DNA of 64,000 nt. Source: Phyllosticta citribraziliensis. Its lineage: Eukaryota. Positions 13,037 to 23,843 of the stretch are shown one piece after another. The stretch is from positions 496,001 through 560,000 of the forward strand of contig NW_027117351.1 in NCBI RefSeq assembly GCF_038025025.1. Direction: 5' to 3'. Both the position numbers and the translations under genes were made by a program. Under the pieces are notes generated by a model that saw only the letters and a list, made by a program, of their open reading frames with translations, was not told the origin of the DNA and ran no database searches. Position 1 is the first letter of the stretch, and every line of letters starts with the position of its first letter.

Positions 13037-13139
13037 GTAGTAAAAAGGAGAGACTAGAGAGTAGAAGTTAAGATTAATAGTATTTATATAAGGGTAGATA
13101 GTAAACTAATTAGTCTACTTTCTATATCTTTATAATATT

Positions 13140-16100
13140 TACTATAGGCCTAAGTAACTTATTTTATTATTACTTTCTATTTTAATCTATAGTTCTTCTT
13201 AGAGAAAGGCAGCCTTCTATTTTTCTAGATTTTTTAGTAGTCCTACTATAATAGGGTGTAATAAGTAGAATTCTTTAATTTTCTATAGCGCGCTACTAAA
13301 AGAACTTATATTATACTACTAGTTATCTTAGTTATATCTAGTCTATTTAACTTAGTATTAAAGCTTCCTATATAAGACTTAACTAGCTTAAATATAGTCT
13401 ACTTCCTACTTAGGCTTATCTTAAATAATCTTAGGTTTAGGTTTAGTATATTCCTAACTAGGAAGCTATTCTATTTTAGCCTTATATAGCCTATTAGTAT
13501 AGAAAAGGTTAACTATCTTTATATATAAGGGAAGATTAAGGATATAGGAGGGTCCTTCTATTTCTATAATCTTAAAAGGTCTAGTATTAGGGAAGTCTAA
13601 TTTAAGGTTTAGCTAATTAGTAGACCATCTAGTTTTCTTAATATAGATATAATCTCTAACTATAAAGTCTAGCGCGCAACGGTATTTATTAGCTTATTAG
13701 TATATATACTCTTAGGATTTAAGAATAAGATTCTTTATAAATTTAAAAGCTTCTTATCTTCTCTTTTATAGCATTTATACTACTATATAAGCTATCTTTT
13801 CTAGTTACTAGGGGGTCTCTATTCTTTATTACTAGTTATAGTATATTTAAGGGGAATATCCTAACTTAATCTTAAAAGGTAAAAGTCTAGTAGCTTTATA
13901 GGGAAGTGTTACTTATATAAGGTCTATTAATAGTAGAAGATTAGACTAATTATTCTAAAAGTAATTAATAAAAGGTCTTAATCTTTATATAAGATACTAA
14001 TTAATAATCTCTATAATACTATTAGTTTAAGAGTAGTAGGATAAGTTAAAATGCTACTCTATACTAGTCAGCTTATATAGTTTATTTATAAATGCTAAGA
14101 TGAACTAAGGGCCTTAGTTAGATAGGATAGACTTAGGGTTTCTATAAATATAGTAGATATATTTATAAAAGAGTCTAGAGACTCCTTTAGTATTAATCTT
14201 CTTTATATAAGGCAAGCTAAAGGTTCTTTAACTTAACTAGTCTATAATAACTAGAATTATATTATAGCCTTTTTAGTCTTTAGGCATCTCTTTAAAATCT
14301 ATAGCTAAGTATTACTAGGGTTAAGTAGGAATCTCTAGGGGTTATAGAAGGCCTAGGTCTTTATTATAAAACTCTTTTATTTAGTAGTAAATATAGCATC
14401 CTTGCCTATAAATATTAATTATGTGATTTATAGCTAGCTAGTAGTAATATTACTTAAGGAGTTTTTACATCTTTATAATACTAGAATAGGCAGTTATATA
14501 GGTAGTATATAAAGTATTAAGTATTCTTGTGCGGAGGTTATTATAATCTAGTATAAAGAGGGTACTATATTATAATAAAAGACCATCTTTTAGTTCCTAA
14601 CTATTTCTTTATTTAAGGTCTTTTAAGAGGGCCTTCTATCTCTAGAGTTCTAATTTAGAATCTTCTTAGTTTATATAGAGAAGTTTATCTAAAAATAATA
14701 CTAGAGAAGGAAGTTCTTATTCTAAAATAGAAAGAGGGATAATAGTCTCTAGTAGGATAAGGTATATCTCTTATATAGCCTTTACTTTTTCTTTTTAAGT
14801 CTTTAGGTCTTCTTATTTTTAAGTAAGGTAATTAGTAATAATATTTTCCTTTCCTAGCTAATAGGAGAATTATATATAGAACTCTATAAAAAACTTAGAC
14901 TATCTAGCTTATTATTAATTAAGTTGTTATTTAGTAGAGTAGTACTCTAATACCTAATAGTCTATTATTATAAGAAAAGGTTTTTTAAGGCTAATAAGTA
15001 TTAGTCTCTATTCTTCTAGTCTATTCTTAATAGCTAGTAGTTCTTTATTAGATATTCTATAATAAAGTTCTACATTAGCTATTACCTTAGAGTAGAACGC
15101 TACTAGTTTCTAATTATATAAAGGTTATTAGAGCTATATTAAAACGCCTATAGTAACTCTATTACTTATATTAGTCTCTATATAAGTATTAAGAGTAGGG
15201 TCATAATTAGCTAGAAGTATATTACTATATATTAGCTTCTTAAGTTATTAAATTACCTCCTCTTCTAGGGGTCCTAGTAGTTACTATTTTACCTTAGAGT
15301 ATAGTTTCTCTAATAGCTAGCTAATTTATCTATAGTTAGGGAGAAATTATTAGTAGAAATTATAGAAACCTAAGAAGGATTAAAGAGCTTTAAGGGTTTT
15401 AGATATTAGCTAGTTTTATATAGGTTCTACCTTATCTAGGTCTATCTAAATACCTTCTATAGAAATAATATATCTAAGAAACTTTATATAAGTAACTAAA
15501 AACTTACTCTTCTTTAAATCTACCTATAGTCCTACTTTTTATAGTCTTACTAGTACTTTTTTTACTTATTCCTCATACTCTATAGGGTCTTTAGAGATAA
15601 TAAGTATATTATCTATAAAAGCCATAATAAAATCATCTAAATACTTAAAGAGAACCTAGTTAATAAAACATTAAAAGGCTATAGGTCTATTACTTAATCT
15701 AAATAGCAAGATATAGTATTTAAATAAGCTATATCTTATATAGAAGGTAGTCTTATCTTTAGAATCCTTAGTAAGATAAATATAGTAGAAAGCTTATTAA
15801 ATATTAAGCTTAGTATAAATTTTACCCTTTCTAACGCGCTAAAGTAACTCTATAATAAGAGGAAGGGGGTATAAATCCTTAGTAGTTTATTTATTAAGCT
15901 ATTAGTAGTCTATATAAAATCTCTATCCCCCACTAGGCTTTTTTACTATAAGAATAGGAGAAGTATAGGTAGTAAAGCTCTTAGTAATAAAGCCTTTTTA
16001 AAGGTTCTTAATAATATACTCTTTTATAGCCTTAAGCTGCTCTAGAGATATTCTATAGAGAGGACTAGGTAGAAGCTCTAGTAGACTATTATATATAAGA

Positions 16101-18600
16101 GATATTTTATAATTAACCCCTACATAATATAGTAGTAGCTTATTAGACTCTATTTTAGAAAATACATCTTAAAATTCCTTATAAGTAGCTAGTAGCTTAG
16201 AAGCTAATAATTCCTTAGTTTCTTTATCTTTAAGAGCCACTTAAACTTATATAAGGTTAATAGTATAGATCTCTATTAGCACAACTTATATTTTATAGAT
16301 AGAAAGCTTAAAAGCATCTTAAGTTTAAAATTTAATTCCCTTAATAACCTATATTAAGGGAAGAAGGCATTTATTAAAGTTTTTATCTCTATAGTCTATA
16401 TCTACTTAATATTCTTTCTATAGTTCGTTACTTTATATAGAGACTTTTAGTAGGCATAAAAGATACTAAAAGGATTAGTTAACTAGTAGCTATCTCTAGA
16501 CTAGTTTATATTATTTATAGTCTAGAAGAACATCGTGCTAGTTAAAAAACTATTACCTAAGAATCATGTTATTACGGCTAATATTATAAATAAAAGTATA
16601 AGTAGAAACTATTTAATCCTAGAAGTAAAGTTAAAGATAAAAGTAAAAATTAACTTTCTTATTTATATATTAGTTAAACCTAGTAATATTAAGCCCTTTA
16701 CCTATTATTCTCTTTTTTATAGCACCTATAGACTAGAGAGTTAGTAGTAGCTTAGGGTAAATAAAACTTATACTACTAGTACTAGTATTAGCTAGGGCAC
16801 GAATTTCTAAGGCGCGGCTATTAGATATAATTAAGGTTTATATAGTAAAGGGTATACCTCTAATAAAGTAACTAAGATTTATATAAGAACCTTTAATATA
16901 TATTACTCTAAGTTTAGACCTAAGGTAGGAGACTTTACCTAGGCCTTATTATTTTCTAATAAAGACTAATCTCCTTTATTTATATAGATATCTTTAGTAC
17001 TTTCTTCTTTAACTAACTCTATTACCTTTATCTTAGGTTATAGGCATTATCTCTATAAATAGCTAAACTAGCTATAGCAATTATATGGTCTAATCTCTAT
17101 ATAGACTTCTACTTTACCTTTATAGGTTGTATTATATAAGGGAGCCCTAGATATAGATCGCGCCTAGGCATAACTAGAAGATAAAGTACTTATACTATCT
17201 AAGATAGTTATCTTTACTTATTCTTATTATCTCTTCTTTACTTATTTCTTATATAACGTAAGTGTTAGTTTTCTATAGTTAGAATAGTAGTTACTAAGAC
17301 TTTAAGTAATAGGGTAGGCTTATTAGAGGTACTTATAAAAGTTAACATCCCTATCTTACTCTATAGTAACTATATAGGTTTAAAGGAGAGGATCTATTAT
17401 ATTATAAAAGTCCTCTTTCTACTATTCCTAAGGAAGATCTATATCTAAGGCTAATTATATAAAGTTTAATTAAAACTTCTAAAGGTCTATAGAGATATAG
17501 TATATAAGAGAGTATAACTACTTCTTTATATCCTTATATTTATATAGACTCTAAAAGAGGTTATCTAGGAATTTAAAGATATCCTTATTTAGAGTGACTT
17601 TATTAGCCTTTATATAAGAAGTAAGGAAAGGAGTTAGGTAATATAAGACTTCTCTACTAATATAGGAAATAATATAACCTATAATATTCTATTTAGTCTC
17701 CTCTACTATATCTTTAGTAAAGTAATTATAGTTTTATTTAATTTTATTTTATATAAGGAGGGTCTAGTATTTATATAAGGGGTCTTCTCTATTAGTAAGA
17801 AGAGGAGGATTAGGAACCTTACTACTTTAGTATTTCTTACTACTTAAAGATAAAGTAGAGGTTTTAGTAGTAGTTTCCCTTATATAGTTAGGAGGAGGTC
17901 TAAGAGTCCTTATAACTCTACTAGTAGAAGGATCTTAAGAGAGGGTAATAGGTCTTAAGTACTAAGCTAATAAAAAGGGCCTAATATATCCTTCCCTTAG
18001 AACTTCTCTAAGTCTATTAGTATAGTTTAAGAGCATTTACTTAAGAGCCTAGTTTTACCTTTATATATAGTTTAGTTACTACTATACTTAAGACTTATTT
18101 AAGGATGCAATCTTAGATTTAAATTAATTAATATCTAAGCGCGGTACCTTTATAAATGCCTCTATAACTAGAGCTTAAACTGTATAAGTTAACCCTAGGT
18201 CTTAGGTATATTCTTTTACCTCTACTACTAGGACTAAGTAGAAATTATATAGGAGAATAGGGGTAGGTCCTCTCTTATTATTATTTAATAAGTATCTAGT
18301 ATTATATAAATCTTTAGTTCCTTTATATAAATCTTATTAGGTTAATTAACTAGTACTAATACCTTTAGTAGTACTAGATATATTAGCTTTATTCTTAGCT
18401 ATACTATCTTTATAGTCTTCTACTTAGAATGTCCCTTAAGTAGGTTATAGATAGGACACCTTCTAAATATTTATATACTACTCTATAGCCTTAACTAAAG
18501 ACTTCTATAGTTAATATATACTTAATACTCCTTAGTCCTTAGATAATACTAATGCACCTAATAAAGACGACTTAGATTTACTAAGGAAAAGTAATAAGTA
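13140..18600 (-). pseudogene. Gypsy gag-pol (RIP-destroyed; ends approximate)
   Basis: Domain motifs as listed for the element; many TAA/TAG codons at positions expected for Gln/Trp/Arg. Confidence 0.85.
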
Positions 18601-18710
18601 GTCTTATATAAGACTATAGCTATATATAATATTACTTAGGTTAAATATTATAACACCTTTATAGGTAAAGAAGTAGGATAGAGCTAAAACTTAAAATAAT
18701 CTTTTATATC

Positions 18711-19133
18711 TATTATAACTTATAGATTTCTTATTATATAGGTAAGAGCTAAAGGTAAACTACTAGAGAATATATATATATTTTAATTAAATCTAATAAG
18801 TTAAAAGAATAAAATATAAAAGATACTTACTACCTATATATTTCCTAGTCCTTCCTTTATACTATTCTACCTCTTATCCTTTATATAAGGGTCCTTAGTT
18901 ATTATTAGGTAAGTTATAAAGGTAAGGTATTAATAGGCTGTTATATAGTATCTTCCTAAGGCTATAGTAGCTAGTACTAGGCTGTAGTAGCTAGTACCAG
19001 CCTGTAGGTTTTAGCCTAAGCTATAGTAGGCTGCTACCTAAGGTGAGGCTTATACTTCCTATAACTATATAATACTAGGTTCATCTATACTAGCCCTAGT
19101 GCTTATATAGGCGCGTGTATACCTATTATAATA
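18711..19133 (-). repeat. Gypsy 5' LTR (423 bp)
   Basis: Direct repeat of 10894-11316; minus-strand TATATAAA at about 18880-18887. Confidence 0.95.
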
Positions 19134-19504
19134 TCTAGATAACTTAAGTTCTTACTAAAATAGGTTATAAGGGCCTTAATACTTAACTAATCTAGCTCTA
19201 TAATAATAATAAGAATGCTGTCTAATTTACTAATAGTATAGAGTTTAATACTGCTATAAAATATATTAATCTATACTACTAGTATATTAAGTAGGTAGTT
19301 ATAGATAGAACTATAACTATCTCTTATATCTCTACTAATAAGATAATTGCGGACAGGCTTATTAAAGTATTAGTAATAGTTAAGTACTACTACTTTTATA
19401 ACCTTATTAGGTATAGACTAATATAGTAAGTTTTCTATTTAGTTAATATAACTACTTATATATCTACTCTACTATAACTATCTCTTTTCTTATCCTAGGG
19501 GGTA

Positions 19505-19771
19505 TATTAGTAGTCCTATATAATAATACTAAGTAGTCTCCTATTATATCATCTTAGCTACAGTTTACCTAGATAACTATAGCTTATCTAGATAATAACT
19601 TACTACTTTAGTTAAGATATACTTATCTATTAGCTTCACACATCTTAATGAGTTTAGGACTTATCAGCAGTTGGTACTAGCTACTGCTCCCCCTGGCAGT
19701 TTTAGCAGTATATAGATAGCTCTTAGAGTAGCCTTGAATAGAGTCTTCAGTTCTCTCATCTTACTTCATCA
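19505..19771 (+). repeat. Copia 3' LTR (267 bp)
   Basis: Follows the PPT, ends in CA and is followed by the GTCAT TSD. Confidence 0.95.
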
Positions 19772-19868
19772 GTCATTGCCATCCTCCAGCATTCGATTCC
19801 CTTCATCTCAGCTGTCTTTGCAACCCGACATTTATTCCTCTAGCATATAACCCATCATCGTCACCATC

Positions 19869-22800
19869 ATGGCTGCCCCGACCATCCCTCCTCGTCCAGC
19901 TCGCTCCACGCCTCAGCAGCAAAACCCCAACGCCAACGCCAACGGCAACGGCTCGACAGCCATGCCCAGCATCCCTCCTCGTCCCAAGCGCAGCACCGAG
20001 CGCTCCATCTCCCCCAACCGTGACAACTTTGCCCGCTCGCCCCTCAACGACCCCTCGTTCATCAACGGCTCGAGTACGAACCACAGCAAGCGCCCCTCCG
20101 CTTCCGATCTCCCAGCTCGCCCACCGAGCGTCACATTACCCACCATTGGCCAGGAGGGCAGCGAGTATGCCTCCTTCGACACACCGCCCATCGATGAGAA
20201 TGCCCCGCAGCAAACCAGGGATGCCGAGGGCCTGAAGCTGTACGCTCCCACGGCGTCGCTGCCGCAGTCGACGAACCGGTCGAGGATTGCCGGCGTGACG
20301 CGCGCCGACTCGGCCCAGGTGGCTGCTGCTGGCCTGGGCAAGAAGCCGTCCGAGCCCGATCTTTTCCCCGGCGGCCACTCTCGAGGCCACTCGAGGAGCG
20401 GCTCGTCGACGGGCCGCAGCTCGCGTCCGACGTCACTGTACCAGCAGGACGAGGAGCACGGCATCCCCGAGATTGGCTTGCAGGTGCCCATGTACCCGAA
20501 TGCGGGAGACGTCCAGGCCCCGACGCCCTCGCTACATAGCAACGCCCCGTCGACGGGCGTCGGATATTTCAACAATGGTGGCAGCAGCAGTGCCAAGCTC
20601 CATGGTCGCCCCTTTGCGGGCCCGCCTGGTAGTTATGGCATGCATGGCCACGGGCTGAAGCCCACGGATGACCTGGAGAGGAAGTGGTATGCCACTCATC
20701 CAGACGACGCGGCGCGGGAGGCGCAGGGCGCGTATGGCCCGGCCATACAGGAAAATAGAAGGGAGTGGACCCTGAGCAGCGAGCAGTTGAATAAGCTGGT
20801 GCAGGAGAGTGCCAACAAGGGTGTTGGAATGGGTACGATCAATATTGATTCGGGTCGATCTCGACCTCTGTCCAAGCTAATCGTCTGCATCTAGGCGCGT
20901 CCCCGGCTGTCACGGCCACTCCTGGCGAGGAGATTGGCTACATGGCTTCTGAAGAGTATGCCTCGCGCATGACTTCCCCTCGCCCGCAATCCGTGCCGCC
21001 AAAGGAGCGCACTCGCAGCTCCCAGACGCACGCCGAGTCGCCGCTCCGCATGACCAAAATGGTGGCCGAGCAGGCCCTGGACGGCGGCGACGACGGCAGC
21101 GCCATTGAGCACGACGACGAGGGAAATGTCATTCACATTGACCCGCCCGCGCATCCCCGAAGTGAGATGCACGGCCCTGGCATCGACTACGACGAGTTGG
21201 GTCCCGAGGGTGGCAACGGCGAGGAGCACGGCGGCTTCATCACCGAAGACGGCCGCGGGACGCCAGTCCTCGCTTCCGACGAGCTCAAGAGGCATCAGAC
21301 GCCTGGCGGCGAGTACCAGCAGCCGGCGGTGCCGGCCGAGCTCGAGCATGAACGTAGGATTAGCCAGGAGGGCGGCGAGTATCACCGCCGGTCTGGGAGC
21401 AGATCGACCAGCCGGCCCACCAGCGTCTCGCGCTGGAGAAGCCAGGGCGATGCCGAAGACCGCTCAAACACTCCTCTTGACGGCGTCAAGGAGTATGAGC
21501 CGCTTTTCCCTGAAGAAGAGGACGAGAAGCCTGTAGAGAAGCCGCTCACGGCTGCTGACAAGTTGAAGCGCCCGGAGCTAGCGCGCCACCATTTCCCCAG
21601 CCAGGACGTTTGGGAAGACACGCCGAGCAGCTTGCAGTTGCAGGCGGAGGTCCAAACGCCCGAAGTGCCGTCTCAGCCGGCCTCGGGCACTGCGTCGCTC
21701 GAGTCGTCACAGGTGTTTGAAAAGCCTGAAAGGGAGCAGCAGCGCAAGGCTGATGCGGCGCCCAAAGACCAACCACAACAGCAAAGTTTTTTCATTCCTG
21801 ACCAAGCCAAACGCCTTGCTCACCTGAATAAGGATGTGCTCGCAGACATGCCCTCGCGACCCGGCATGCAGCAAAGATTCCCCAGCCGCGACATTTGGGA
21901 GGACACGCCCGACGAGCTGAAGCTCGTCACGACGGTCAACGCGCCGCAGGAGCAAGAGTCGCCGTCTGAACCAAAGTCGGCAGTCAGCGACGCCCCACCC
22001 AAACCGCAAATACCGGCGCGACCCGCGCGCGCGAAGCCCGGCGAGTCGCCCGTTGAGAAGAAAGCAGCGCCTATCCTCCCCGACCGCCCCAAGCCCCAGA
22101 TTCCAGTCCGCCCGGCTCGCCCCGCCCACAAGCCGTCTGACGAAGCGGTCCCGTTGTCCAAGGTCTCGTCGGCCAGCAGCAATAACACGGCCACGGCCGA
22201 CGATGCAGCCGCTGCCGCCGCGCCGCCGGTCACCAAACCCAAACCCCCTGTCCCTTCGCGCCCTGGCGGAAGTAAGATTGCCGCCCTCAAGGCAGGCTTT
22301 TTGAGCAATTTGGAATCGCGTCTGCAGCTGGGCCCGCAGGGCCCGAAGAAGGAAGAAAAGGAGGACGAGGTCAAGGAGAAGGCGCCGCTGGCTGATGCGC
22401 GCAAGGGCCGTGCAAAGGGGCCGGCGAGGAGGCGTCCAGGTGCTGGTGCTGGTGCTGCGGCTTCTGCGCCTGCGGAGTCGACCCAGAAGCCCGTTGCGTT
22501 GTCGTTTGCCAAGGCTATCACTGTCTTTGCGATTGATGAGGACGGCGCGCTGGATGTCCCCGAGTTGAGTGCTGCGCGTGCGGGCGAGGAGAAGGATGGC
22601 TCGGCGGAGGCGAAGGAGATTGCGACGCAGGTGCCGCGGGACCCGCAACCGGCGCCCGGTGATGTAGACGGCGAGACGAAGCCCGTCGTCGATGTCAAGC
22701 CGAGTGATGAGGGTGCGGATGACGCCAAACCCGCCGAACCAGCAACGAGAGAAGAGCAGGACGAGACGCGCCCCGCTGCCACCACAGCCGCGCCGCAGTC

Positions 22801-23266
22801 GTCGACACAAGCTGAATCAGAGACAGCGGCAGGCGACGACGAGCCCGTCGAACAATCTCCCCTCCTCGCCAAACAGCCGACCAACGCCACCGCCTCGTCG
22901 ACGTCAGACTCGACGACGCAGACGGGCCAGCAGGACATCGTCGTGCCGCCCGCTGCTGCCGCCGCCGCTGCCCCTGCTGGTGCAGAGAGCGAAGGCGACA
23001 AGGCGACCCAGACGACCACGGAGAAGATCACGGCGTACCTGGGCGGCCGCGCGCAGGAGGACGGCAGCGTTGTCGTGCGTGAGGTGCTTGCTGGCGAGGG
23101 AAAGGGTGAGAGCCGTGCGGTTGGTGAGGGGGAGGGTGAGGACGGGGGTGAGGGGGACGGTGAAGCGGGGCGCGACGTCTTGTTGCGGGAGGAGTTTGTT
23201 GGCGGGGTGGGCGAGGGCGGCGTCGTTGGCGAGGCGCGCGTGCAGAGGACGGGGCATGGGATGTAG
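19869..23266 (+). CDS. AIM21: Altered inheritance of mitochondria protein 21-like actin-patch/capping-protein regulator, 2 coding exons
   Basis: Pro-rich PxxPxR motifs, FPSQDVWEDTP and FPSRDIWEDTP repeats, GSKIAALKAGFL..LE.RL..GP, and a CPI-like LADARKGRAKGPARRRP motif. Intron at about 20833-20894. Confidence 0.85.
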
Positions 23267-23661
23267 GGTTCGGCTTGGCTGGGCTGGTCTTTTTGAGGGG
23301 TGTGGTGGGTGGGGATGGGGATGGGATGGTGATGGGGAGGTAGATTGTGTGGTTGGACTGCGTCTAGCGAAGGGGAATATGGTGTTGCGCGGCGGTCATA
23401 GACGTCGATGGATGGTTGGACGGACGGACGGACGGACGGATGGGATAGGTGGTGGATCTAATCCAATGGAGTGCTCAGTTTGTTTCGTCCTTTTATGGCT
23501 TTCGTGTCGTCTCGCCTTAGGCTGGCTACCCCTCACCCCTTACCCCCTTAGCGTCTGTGTTCTCTCTATCTGTACACACGCCACGCACGCCCCCTTCCTG
23601 ACCATACACCACCAAGAACGCAGACGTTGGAATTTCGATTCCTACCCATCCCTCATCCCCT

Positions 23662-23804
23662 TCACATCTCCATCTTCACGTGCGGCAGCCCCGCCGCTTC
23701 CGCCGTCTCCTCTTTCCCCTTCTGCTTCTCCTGCCGCCGCTGCTTGTCGACCGCGTCGACCGCGCGCCTCGCCGCAAACGCCTTGACGGCGTCGACGAGT
23801 GTCG

Positions 23805-23843
<39 letters not shown>

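Larger units (their letters stand above)
10894..19133 (-). mobile_element. RIP-inactivated Ty3/Gypsy chromovirus (Tf1/MAGGY-like), apparently full length, antisense to the host Copia
   Basis: 423-bp direct LTRs. Minus-strand de-RIP motifs in Gypsy order: gag CX2CX4HX4C (~17045-17090), protease ALADTGA (~16775-16800), RT KTTF..RYG.FEY..LPFGL.NGP..FQ...AFIDDILI (~15600-15760), integrase SDRGPQF...HSQTDG..E (~13990-14130), GPF motif (~13575), chromodomain EWEV..I.AS....KLQY.VKW.GY (~13300-13415). PPT agggggggca at 11326-11317. Confidence 0.92.
8892..19771 (+). mobile_element. RIP-inactivated Ty1/Copia LTR retrotransposon (internally deleted) containing a nested Gypsy element
   Basis: TG...CA termini; 267-bp direct LTRs; GTCAT TSD (8887-8891, 19772-19776); PBS ggttataagccc at 9159. 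De-RIP motifs: protease WIIDTGA (~10369-10390), WH.RLGH plus C-x2-C (~10780-10890), RNase H tail KHIDLRY...EMIADGLTK (~19250-19370). PPT aggggg at 19497-19502. Extreme TpA enrichment. Confidence 0.93.

Noticed and set aside
8892..19771. AT-rich block as a NUMT, centromere or contamination
   Set aside because: LTRs, TSD, retroviral motifs and TpA bias fully explain it as RIPed retrotransposons; no organellar genes seen.
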